Shown here: piece by piece, positions 10,829 to 20,000 of the stretch
Layout: the number at the start of each line of letters is the position of its first letter
Numbering within the stretch: the stretch's first letter is position 1
NCBI GenBank assembly: GCA_010093705.1
Contig: MU006118.1
Location: 175,552-195,551, forward strand
Length of the DNA stretch: 20,000 bases
Direction of reading: 5' to 3'
From: Patellaria atrata CBS 101060
Taxonomy: Eukaryota
The notes under the pieces: generated by a model
The model's database searches: none
Seen by the model: the letters and a program-made list of their open reading frames with translations, nothing else
What the model was told of the DNA's origin: nothing
Translations under genes and position numbers: made by a program

Positions 10829-11341
10829 CTATAGATTCTTCTTTCGCAATACTACTATCATCTCTTCATTCGCGAGCCCTATACTTGGGTGTTCAATCGG
10901 TTCAAAGGGTGATTTTAAGAATTCTGGCTGGAACACGGGCCAGTCGACCTTAGGCCCTGCCCATATAATAGTCTCAACGGAACCGTCACCGCTGAGATCT
11001 AGATACATCTCGATCAAATAGGGATCCCGGGGGTAGACGAAAAGCCATACAGCAGCTTCACCAGCGCGAGACCACATCTCTCGTGTACCCGTAACATGAT
11101 AGAAATTCTCTTCGGGTAGATACTTATTATTACAAGAGAAAACATCTATCCCATGAATGCATTTCTCCTCGCCATATTGCATGAGAAGAGCCTCGAGAAG
11201 TCCTGATCCACTTCCTACGGAGATACTGAACTCTGGGTTTGCTGGGAGAAGCGCGGATAATGATCGAATCAGAGGAGATGACAAGGCAAGACAACAGCCT
11301 GCGTACCTCGCAGGTGTTTCTGTAAGTCGAGGAAGGCTCAT
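10829..11341 (-). CDS. Small intronless class I SAM-dependent methyltransferase-like protein, ~170 aa, function unknown
   Basis: From the ATG at 11341: MSLPRLTETPARYAGCCLALSSPLI...SISVGSGSGLLEALL...IHGIDV...VWLFVYPR...IIWAGPKVDW. It has a Gly-rich motif I and an acidic residue ending strand 2. The upstream ATG at 11458 adds 39 Ser/Thr-rich residues and is less likely. Confidence 0.75.
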   Translation of the reverse strand: MSLPRLTETPARYAGCCLALSSPLIRSLSALLPANPEFSISVGSGSGLLEALLMQYGEEKCIHGIDVFSCNNKYLPEENFYHVTGTREMWSRAGEAAVWLFVYPRDPYLIEMYLDLSGDGSVETIIWAGPKVDWPVFQPEFLKSPFEPIEHPSIGLANEEMIVVLRKKNL

Positions 11342-11587
11342 GGTACATGTATATGAGATGGAAGAAGGAGAGTTGTTGATGACTTCAGACGGAGACGAAC
11401 ATTCATGGGTTACCGTGTTTCGAGTTTCGAGTTTCGGCTGCCTTGTTTTGTTTCTCATTGGACATCACAACATCAACTCCTCCCGTCTTCTTCAATACTG
11501 TACCGTACAACAACTTCTCTATAAAAACATTCTGCCTGTCGCGAACAAAGGGCAAGGGGAAGCTCTAAAGAAGTCAAGGAGTTTGTC
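11342..11587. promoter_or_regulatory. Short divergent promoter between methyltransferase-like gene and PFF1
   Basis: 246 bp between opposed ATGs, with TATAAAA at 11520-11526 upstream of PFF1. Confidence 0.5.
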
Positions 11588-14494
11588 ATGACTCGGTCAG
11601 CTTTCCGGCCAGTATGGGTTATCCTCATCACGGCGGCTGTTTACATTGCACTATTTACATCACTATTGGTTACTCATCTCAAAGTTCCTGATGCACCGAG
11701 CAGTGCCGCGCCAGCAGCTGGTATTAACTTGACAGAAGCCTCCCATGATCTTAAAGTTTTGACAAGCCACTTTCATCCATATAACAGTGACGCGAACGAT
11801 GTCGTCCGGAATTGGCTTCTGCACAGGATCGAGCAAATACTGAAGAATAACAATGCCTCTTTTGATAGAGAACTTCTTGGACATACGGAACTAAAGCTTC
11901 AGAGGGAAGGGCTTTCGAGAACTCCAGGTGTGACAGTATATAATGACCTAAACTCCAACATCACGTTTTCATCGGGCAACCTACCCGTATATTTTGAGGG
12001 TACGAACATCATTGTCAGAATTCGAGGATCAGAAACCACGGAAAAACATGGAGGAGTCTTGGTTAATGCCCACTACGACAGCGTTTCCACTGGATACGGT
12101 GCTACGGATGATGGTGTTGGTGTGATCACACTTCTCCAACTCCTATCTCACTTCTCCGTCCCAGAAAAGAAGCCGCCTAAACGGGACCTGATTCTACTCT
12201 TCAACAACGGCGAGGAAGATTTCCTTAACGGTGCTAAAGCTTTCTTGCGACATCCCGTGTCTAAGATACCTCGTACCTTCCTCAACCTAGAGGGTGCTGG
12301 AGCTGGTGGACGAGCAATTCTCTTCAGATCAACGGATACGGAAGTAACACGATCATATAAGAACAGTCCATACCCATATGGAAGTATCATCACAGGCGAC
12401 GGTTTCAAACGTGGCATGATACGCTCCCAGACCGATTATATTGTATTCAATGGAGACCTGGGATTGCGGGGCTTGGACGTAGCTTTCTTTGAACCACGTG
12501 CAAGATACCATACTCAAGAGGATGATGCCAGAGACACCTCTATAAAATCTATTTGGCATATGCTTTCAGCTTCGATTGCAACAACTGAGGCCCTTACATC
12601 GGATACAAGCTCAGAGTTCGATGGCCCTGTCCGGAATAATAACAGAGTTGACAGTGGGCATGGGTCTAATGCCGTCTGGTTCGACATTTTCGGAAGAACA
12701 TTTGGCGTTCTCAAGTTACATACTTTATTTGCTCTTTCAGTCACCTTCCTCGTAGTGACTCCGATTCTTCTAATTGTTTTAAGTGTCATTTTGAGCAAGG
12801 TGGACAAATGGTACCTGTTCTCGAGAAAACATTACATTCATTCAACAGATGATGATGCACCTATACAACTTAAGGGATGGCATGGCTTCTTCTGCGATCC
12901 AATCGCGTTCATTGTCGCTACAGCTGCTGTCGTCGGACTTTCGTACCTGTTTGTGAAGATCAACCCCTTCATAGTCTACAGTAGCGAATACTCTGTGTGG
13001 GCTTCATTCCTTACTGCGTTTTTCTGTCTGAACTGGTTTCTACTTCGAGGAGCGGACGCAATGCGTCCCTCTGCTCTGCAACGCATATACTCCCTCATGT
13101 GGACTTACATCGGAGCCTACATTCTCCTTGTCATAGCTACTGTGGCTGAGAACAACTTCTCATTAGGGGGAGTTTACTTCATTGTCATATACTTTGCAGC
13201 ATCGTTCGTCGCCTTGCTGTTAGCTTACCTCGAACTGTTCGCTTTACCAAAGAAATCCGCATTACCTGATCCGTCAGCAGAATCTGAAGAGGATTCAGAA
13301 ACTGTTTCTAGCAGGCCACAAACGGGTACCACCGCGAACAATGATGATTCTGCTAATGAGCGCACCTCGCTACTCTCGGGGAACCGCCAAAGAACAACGT
13401 TCGCTCGGCACGGTGGCAGCCGTAGACACTCTGCGGACGATGGTACATCTACAGCTGTTGGGGAACCTCTGGCTGAACATGCCGCGTACGGTGGAGAACA
13501 AGAGTGGAGCGAGTGCCTTCCAACCTGGCTTTGGATCCCCGAATTCCTCGTTCTTGCCCCTATTCCAATTATACTAGTTGGTCAACTCGGCTTGCTCCTC
13601 ACAGCAGCACTCCGCCAAACGCTCGCCGACGGCTCACCTCCTCTTCCGGTCTATCTATTCATAGCATTTTTCGGAATCTTACTTCTGATACCCCTCTCAC
13701 CCTTCATCCACAGATATACATACCATATTCCTCTATTTCTCTTCCTTATATTCTTCGGCACTCTGATCTATAACCTCACTGCGTTCCCCTTCTCCCCTAA
13801 CAACAGGCTCAAAATATACTTTTACCAATCGGTGGATCTCGACTCGGGGCTGAGTACCGTAAAACTCATCCTACCTGAACCCTTTCACCACCCTATCCTC
13901 GCGAGTCTGCCGTCCACCTTCGAGAATCCCGCTAAATGCGGTCCCAGCACAGTTGGAAACCGCAAAGAATTGTACGAATGCAACTACACCGGCCCTGCTC
14001 CAAACCTCTATGAGCCTCTACCTATTGGCATCCCGCCCGAGAAGGCTTACAACAAACTCGTTACCTTTACGGTTGAAAGAGTAAATGCGACGAATAGCAC
14101 CGACCCAAGACTACCGAAGAATGTGGCGGATTTCACGATAGACGCCTACCACACGCGCTCGTGTCGTCTCTACTTCGCCGCTCCAGTGTCCTATCTCCAC
14201 GTTGCTGGGTCCTCCTCTTCCAATCCTCAAGATCCACCATTACTGGGGAAGGAAGGTGCAAAGGAGTTCCGAATATGGCGTCGCGACTGGAAAAAGGAGT
14301 GGAATGTGCGAGTTGGATGGGATGGTAAAAAGGGGACGGGATTGAGTGGTAGAGTGACGTGTCTATGGGCGGATGTGAACGCGCTGGGGACCGTGCCGGC
14401 GTTTGATGAGGTGGTACAGTATGTACCGACATGGGTGGTGGTGAGTAAGATGATGGATGGGATCGTGGAGGGGGGGAAGGCTTTCAATGTATAG
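11588..14494 (+). CDS. PFF1: Vacuolar membrane protease, peptidase M28 (Pff1/ERMP1-like), 968 aa, single exon
   Basis: N-terminal TM, then HPYNS, VLVNAHYDSV, GATDDGVG, FNNGEEDFLNGA, FLNLEGAGAGGRA, TDY and RARYHTQED, followed by multiple TM helices, an acidic/Ser-rich loop, FPFSPNNRLKIYF and a C-terminal luminal domain. Confidence 0.93.
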   Translation: MTRSAFRPVWVILITAAVYIALFTSLLVTHLKVPDAPSSAAPAAGINLTEASHDLKVLTSHFHPYNSDANDVVRNWLLHRIEQILKNNNASFDRELLGHTELKLQREGLSRTPGVTVYNDLNSNITFSSGNLPVYFEGTNIIVRIRGSETTEKHGGVLVNAHYDSVSTGYGATDDGVGVITLLQLLSHFSVPEKKPPKRDLILLFNNGEEDFLNGAKAFLRHPVSKIPRTFLNLEGAGAGGRAILFRSTDTEVTRSYKNSPYPYGSIITGDGFKRGMIRSQTDYIVFNGDLGLRGLDVAFFEPRARYHTQEDDARDTSIKSIWHMLSASIATTEALTSDTSSEFDGPVRNNNRVDSGHGSNAVWFDIFGRTFGVLKLHTLFALSVTFLVVTPILLIVLSVILSKVDKWYLFSRKHYIHSTDDDAPIQLKGWHGFFCDPIAFIVATAAVVGLSYLFVKINPFIVYSSEYSVWASFLTAFFCLNWFLLRGADAMRPSALQRIYSLMWTYIGAYILLVIATVAENNFSLGGVYFIVIYFAASFVALLLAYLELFALPKKSALPDPSAESEEDSETVSSRPQTGTTANNDDSANERTSLLSGNRQRTTFARHGGSRRHSADDGTSTAVGEPLAEHAAYGGEQEWSECLPTWLWIPEFLVLAPIPIILVGQLGLLLTAALRQTLADGSPPLPVYLFIAFFGILLLIPLSPFIHRYTYHIPLFLFLIFFGTLIYNLTAFPFSPNNRLKIYFYQSVDLDSGLSTVKLILPEPFHHPILASLPSTFENPAKCGPSTVGNRKELYECNYTGPAPNLYEPLPIGIPPEKAYNKLVTFTVERVNATNSTDPRLPKNVADFTIDAYHTRSCRLYFAAPVSYLHVAGSSSSNPQDPPLLGKEGAKEFRIWRRDWKKEWNVRVGWDGKKGTGLSGRVTCLWADVNALGTVPAFDEVVQYVPTWVVVSKMMDGIVEGGKAFNV

Positions 14495-14999
14495 GATGGA
14501 AGTAGCGTATGGTACCAGGGGTGAGGATTAGGAGGCTGTCGATATATGTATAGTTGCATTCTCATATTCTAGGCGAAAGGAGTACAGGGTCTACTACTGT
14601 GGGCTGAAGTTCTTCTCGTTTAGTTGCTAGTGATTCTACTTTTGTCATCCTCTGTAGCAATTTCATTCTAGTGGTACAGTAATACACGTCGCTCTGGATT
14701 GCCTAGTAGTTGTCCTGTGCATTGACTACCCTCGTGACATCGTCCGGACCCACTTCCGTGTTTTCTCCCCTTTGTGGTATTACTCGCCTACCATATGATC
14801 ACTTCCATACCGATCTCCGATTATAAATGTACAAAGGACCTTCCTAGCGTTTGCAGTACAAAGCCTAACTATATGACCCTATTTGATGTACACTTGTTTT
14901 CGACGCTGTACCGACTTCCAAACTCGAAAAGTGAAAAAACGTACAAACAGTGCCGAGCTGTACGTAGTACTTAATCGTGCAGAAGGTAGAGATTGATTG

Positions 15000-15950
15000 A
15001 TATTGCAGAATCACCAGTATCCTAGCAGTTACTCGGTAAGCGTATAGGGGTCAAGGATTTGGACCTGCGAGGGGGAAAGTGATATTGGATTATCATTCTT
15101 AAGTTCATGTCTAATGGTTATATGCATCCCGTGCCTATCTACAGCCCCGTTTCGAATCAGTAGACAAATTTCTAGTGTGGACTAGCTTCATATTCCCAAG
15201 GTAGACCTACTGGAGTACTAAAGGGTAGAACTTTCAAGGATAAGATTACTTTCGTTTTTCTATGAGCTTCTAGCCTTAAGAGTTTCCGGGCCGTGGATGG
15301 TGAAGAGCAACTTGAAACAGTATTGCATACATAATTTTACTCTACGTCCTTCTCTTTCGTCTCTTGGCCATGCTACGCTACACAAAAGGGTGAAAGTAGA
15401 CTTGATAATAGACTCTAAGAGCTTTTCCACTTGAAAAGGGTCGTAGGCTAACCGAGATGAAGAGATACTCCCGGACAAATCGAGACTTTTGGTCTTCAGT
15501 ATGTAGACCATGAGAACTAAAACTAAGAAAAACTGATCTTTATAGATCCCTATAGTAGATGCTAGATACCTTACGCTATGAATGGTAGGAGAGCTACCCG
15601 ACTCCAGTATGGCGGTTGGCGTTATATTAGACGGGTAGACTCTGATAAGTGCGAGTTTATTTTCTAGATATATAATCACGAGAATATGTATACTCCCCTC
15701 AGCACGAAGAGAGAGTTGTAGTTGAAGGGGTAAGGTAAGGCAAGGGCGGGGTAATCCGTAAGTAGAAACATTAGCTCGTGGGTGACAAATTAACGCGTAC
15801 ACCAAAAACTCCAGTCTGTTCCAAGCACGATAAGTCCTCAACACAATACAAATTAAGATTCTTTCTAAGATAAAGGTAGAGCTGCTTATCCTATACACTA
15901 CCTGCCTTTTAGATTCTTCCAACGTTGTGTTGTTGTAAACCTATAGAGAC
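15000..15950. other. TpA-enriched, CpA-depleted segment consistent with repeat-induced point mutation (RIP relic)
   Basis: Approximate hand count over 15481-15720: about 30 TpA, 22 ApT, 6 CpA and 13 TpG, with many CTAG/GTAG/TATA words. Boundaries are approximate. No terminal repeats or transposase motifs recognised. Confidence 0.55.
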
Positions 15951-16123
15951 TCAAATTTACCAACTTTTGTCGAGGTGCCCACGAGATTAGATAGTAGCAA
16001 ACGAAACAAACACGAGCTACCTTATCGATACCAGAATGTTTCTTTGAAATTCTTGAAAGAGAATCAAGGTATACTCCGCAGTTGTTTACATCCCGCTCTT
16101 TGTTGAAATCACCGGGTGTTGCG

Positions 16124-16950
16124 ATGGCGGAATCGAGGCCTACTAGAGATCCTTCCCACCTCGATCCCAGCGAACTAGGGACCAAAGAATAGTCCGTAGG
16201 CTACCTCTTCTTTTCTTATCCCACTTCACCCCAAACTTTCGTAGTGCTAATCTACTATATAGTTGGGAATCCGCATACACTCTTGAACTCGAAAATAATG
16301 CCACAGACCACACCGATGTTGGGACCATTTGGTTCTCCGACGCTAGCGCTGAAGAGAAAATTATCGATTTCATCAATGACCTCAGGGATGAAGAACTCAT
16401 AGACCCCGATAGATGCAGTTTCATCGACGTTGGAACTGGCAACGGCCATCTGTTATGGGAGATTTGGGAGACTGGGTTTCGGGGAAGAATGCTCGGTGTG
16501 GATTATAGTGCTGCAAGTGTGGCTCTGGCACGTCGGATTAGGGAACACAAGGCTCTCGCTGTCGATGAGGAATTGACTAGCGGAGAAGAGCCTGGCCCGG
16601 ATATCAGTTTTGAAGAGTGGGATGTATTGAATCAAGAGCCTGGAAATTGGATGTCAAAGGGTGGGTTTGATATCGTCCTAGACAAGGGAACGTTCGATGC
16701 AATCAGCCTCTCGGCAGATGTAGACGGATTAGGACGTCGAATTTGCGAAAACTATAGCAGCAAAGTCGAAAAGTTAGCAAAAGTCGGCGGACTGGTAATT
16801 GTCACAAGCTGCAACTGGACGGAAGAGGAGCTAAGACATTGGTTCGATGGAGGAGAATTGTCCTTCTGGAGAAAAATCAAGTACCCTAGCTTCCAGTTTG
16901 GTGGGAATGAGGGCAGCAAAGTCTGTACCCTGTGCTTCAAGCGGAAGTGA
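16124..16950 (+). CDS. EFM4: Protein-lysine N-methyltransferase Efm4/See1 (eEF1A methyltransferase, METTL10 family), ~251 aa, exons 16124-16191, 16263-16950
   Basis: Motifs HLDPSELGTKEYWESAY.LELEN, GTIWF, FIDVGTGNGHLL, GVDYS, FDIVLDKGTFDAISLS, VTSCNWTEEEL and YPSFQFGG.EGSKV. Intron GTCCGT...GCTAAT...TAG. Exons sum to 756 nt. Confidence 0.93.
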
Positions 16951-16988
16951 GGAGCCAAAGATATTATATAGAGGATCGGGGCCTCGTT

Positions 16989-18035
16989 TTACTGCTTCCT
17001 GCAAAGCCTGGCTAATACGAGCCATTTCTTGCGCTCGCCTATATCTTCTGTTTCCTTTTCCCCTCGTTGCCATGGTCTTCTTTGCCCATTCGCGTCCATT
17101 TCCCATAATTCCTCGATTTCAAGCCCCACCTTTCCTACTGTTTCCTCGAAGAACGGAGCTAACTTGATTCTGCCGGTGTGGAACCCTGAAACTATCAGTA
17201 TCCTAGCGTGCTTTTCTGAAGAAAGAAAGTGTAGCATCGAACGCGCTAGATTTGTGTGCTCCTGTGGCATCCACAAGCAGTCTGCAGCTAGTATACGTGT
17301 GAAGTAACCTGCATGGGAGGTAGCAAAGGGGGTTGAACAGTCTCCCCATTGATGACCTTCGATAGAGACTCTAGTGATCGCGTCTGATGAGAGATTCTTC
17401 TCCACATTTTGCTTGAGTGTCTTGAGAAGCGTTGCGGAAGGGTAGTCTGTTATGGCAACCTACGGAGCCAAGGTCAATTGAAGCTCTGCTTCCATGCTAG
17501 GAAAGGGAGTGATACCTCCTCTGCGCCAGATTTGACACTTACAATGCTGGCAAGGCCAACACCTGTTGATTTGTAAGATATCAGTCCCCCTCGTCCCAGT
17601 TGCCCCTCAGAGGGTAGGACTTTCACCCAACTCTTATCACACACCTGCTCCGAGCTCGAGGACCTTTTCTCCCTTCACGCTCCACAGCTGTTCATTCTCC
17701 CTACTAATCCACCAGCAATCTGGCCCTTCGATTCTTTCCCAATCATGGCTAACTCCCGGGCCGAGATCATCAGGGTGACCTCCAACCAGCTCGCCAATCA
17801 ACACTCCCGCATTCCAAAGGTAATGGGCAAATTTTGTCCGCTCCTCTTCCTTATTAGGGTCTGCTGTTCTGAATTCCAAATCTCCATATTTGCGTGAACG
17901 GTAAATGATAACCTCACCCGGGTTTCCATGCGCGTTTCGAATATCGTCTGTAAAGAGTAATCCTAATGAGGAGGTGAATATATCATCTGCGGCAGTTTCA
18001 TTCGTACTTTGGAGGTGTATCAGGGAAGTAAGCAT
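16989..18035 (-). CDS. EFM7: Efm7/Nnt1-family protein methyltransferase (often annotated 'nicotinamide N-methyltransferase'), ~302 aa, exons 18035-17645, 17562-17516, 17459-16989
   Basis: Motifs DIFTSSLGLLFTDD, FAHYLWNAGV, VKGEKVLELGAGVGLASIV, VAITDYPS, GHQWGD, FTRILAADCLWM, SGFHTGR and RKKWLVLA.L. Exons sum to 909 nt. Exact orthology within the family is not provable here. Confidence 0.85.
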
Positions 18036-18248
18036 CTCGTATATATACTATTGAGCTTCAAAAGGCGATGGATTCTAGTTTTACCTCAGAATGTCAGGAA
18101 TGAGGTGACGGGAATCGCTCACCGGGACATTGTCGGCTAAACTATAACTAAATAACTACATGCATCTTGCAGAGCTCCTTGCAAAACATTTTGGACGAGA
18201 ATCCGAGCATTGTTGTCCAAAATTGACGACTATAGAGCCTTCTTCTGT
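18036..18248. promoter_or_regulatory. Short divergent promoter between EFM7 and SLS1-like gene
   Basis: 213 bp between opposed ATGs. AT-rich TATAACTAAATAA near 18143-18155. Confidence 0.45.
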
Positions 18249-20000
18249 ATGTTTGCGCACCGCTCTTTTAGCGCAACCATATGTCTTCGTTGCCAACTAC
18301 AATTAACGCGCCAGCTAAAACAGAGCTCCATTCGACCATCGCCATCCGCGAACTTCACTTCGACGATAGTAGCTTCATCGGTTGAAGACTCCAAACATTC
18401 TGGCCCAAAGATCACTTTTCATGACGTGGAGCCAAAGCCCTCTCATCCGGATTACAAAGAGAGAGTCCTACATTTTCGGTCGAAGCTTCGACGTCGCTAC
18501 GGGGAAGATATTTGGGGTGGGGAGGAACGTCTTGCAATCAATTCACTGGGAGCGCCGTCGGATATTATCGTTCTTCGAAAACCTCATAATAAACGCAACA
18601 AGAAGTTAGCAAAATGGAAAGAGAATGTTGCTTCTAGAAAGGCGGTCCTAAAAAACCTATTAGTTGATGATGAGGGTAAAAAAGGGGCTCCAACCCCAGA
18701 TGACATCTATCAATGGATTGAGAGCTTACGGCCTAGTTCTTCTGCCCATCAGCTTACAGATAAAACTGCTTTAACACAAGAAGAGTACGAGACCAAAGCT
18801 AGGGCACTCCAAGAGGGATTCCTCAACACCCAACTGAGACATTATTATGAAGTATGGCGGGCTCGTTCGGAGAAGGCGTCCCTTCACAAGGGTGCTTCAA
18901 AAAAGAGAGGTCCAAGAAAAGGGTCACCGGTAGCGTCATCTGGTTTAGATCATGGTACTTTCACTAGGTCCATCTGGAAAGCAGGCACTACCAAGATAGA
19001 CGTCCGACTTCCTGTACTAGAAGAGTCCCAGTTTGTAAAACCCAAGACATATTCCAAAAAGCATCTGACTCAGTGGATTATGCGAGATCATTGGCGTATT
19101 GTGGTTTTGGACGATATTGAGAAGGACGGAGAGCTTGAGCTGACTCTCGCGTCCTCACAATTGAAGCTCCTCACTGCTGGCGGTGCGTCATACTTTCGTA
19201 CTCTTAACTGACAACGCTAATCTGGCGCAGGTAGTTCTACACTACTCGATCAAATTGGCCAACAGAGAAATGCTAAGATTGAGATCTATTGGCCCGCTAA
19301 CGTTCTGAGAATTACCGCGGACATGATTACTGCAGAATATGTCGCGCGTGATATTTCCGAGAGACTTCAATATGTACAGATTGCAGAATTTGATCTTACT
19401 CCGTTCAAGAATCTCCCGCCATGGAGAACCTCTCCTTCCTCCCTGGATCTACAAATGGTTGCGGAACTTAGTCGGACGCTGATTGACAAACCTGATGATA
19501 ATAAGGCATGTGTAGGAAGATACTTTGCGCTCTGTTAACTAACGTCTATCAGTTTCTTATACGGGGCATATCTAAAAACAACGTTGAAGATGCTCACCGT
19601 CAGCTTCTTCTTACATTAATAGATGTTGACACATACGGTAAGATCATCCGCAACATAAGCAATAGTGCAATTGCGAGTGCTCGTAATACTGTTCTTCAAC
19701 CTATTAAGACACTCAACTATCTTCCGTTGAGTCAGAAAGGAATTGGCTGGTCAAGGCGGGTGATACCAACCCCGAGAGGCGCTGCATCGCCTGTAGCAAC
19801 TATGTTTGAACAAAGAGATAGCGAATTCAAGGAGGCAGAGTCAAGCACGGCTCTTCACAATAAGTTACTGCCCGACATAGACGGGTGGGTAACATCTTTT
19901 AAGGGAGAAGCTACAAAGAAGTCAACATTCCAGAAACTTCGACACGCTGTCATACATTCTGTTTCTACATCTGATATAAGTCTAGAACGAAGCAATACTA
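18249..20000 (+). CDS. Mitochondrially targeted protein, probably SLS1-like inner-membrane regulator; 5' part only (exons 18249-19182, 19231-19505, 19553->20000)
   Basis: Presequence-like start MFAHRSFSATICLRCQLQLTRQ. Segments IESLRP...EEYETKARALQEGFLNTQLRHY and KKHLTQWIMRDHWRI...GELEL.L resemble filamentous-fungal SLS1 N-terminal regions (from memory). The frame after 19553 is open to the window end. Confidence 0.65.

Noticed and set aside
11157..11591. 144-aa plus-strand ORF whose stop overlaps the PFF1 ATG (ATGA)
   Set aside because: It is largely antisense to the methyltransferase-like gene and spans the promoter, with no recognisable protein features. Probably a shadow ORF.
14500..16100. 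Intact transposable element in the long intergenic gap
   Set aside because: No TIRs, LTRs, target-site duplication or transposase/RT motifs found by eye; only a RIP-like composition.
16831..17307. Overlapping short ORFs across the EFM4/EFM7 junction
   Set aside because: Alternative-frame or antisense shadows of the two real genes.

Overview
Gene-dense genomic DNA from a filamentous ascomycete (Pezizomycotina-type short introns with CTAAC/CTGAC branch points). I reconstructed ten protein-coding genes by splicing by hand; the ORF track fragments most of them. In order: NT-C2 (EEIG1/EHBP1-type) protein (-), tRNA adenosine deaminase TAD1/ADAT1 (+), cysteine dioxygenase (+), GT90/CAP10 glycosyltransferase with a multi-TM N-terminus (+), an intact but strongly divergent glutamate-cysteine ligase-like gene (+), a small class I methyltransferase-like gene (-), vacuolar M28 protease PFF1 (+), EFM4 (+) and EFM7/NNT1 (-) tail-to-tail, and a probable mitochondrial SLS1-like gene running off the right edge. 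A TpA-rich, CpA-poor (RIP-like) patch lies at about 15.0-15.95 kb. No RNA genes, CRISPR arrays or intact transposons were seen. The best novelty candidate is the GCL paralogue: its metal-binding and glutamate-activating residues are kept while its cysteine-pocket residues are replaced, which suggests a gamma-glutamyl ligase with a different acceptor. Most other genes look like ordinary housekeeping genes. Family assignments come from remembered motifs, not database searches.
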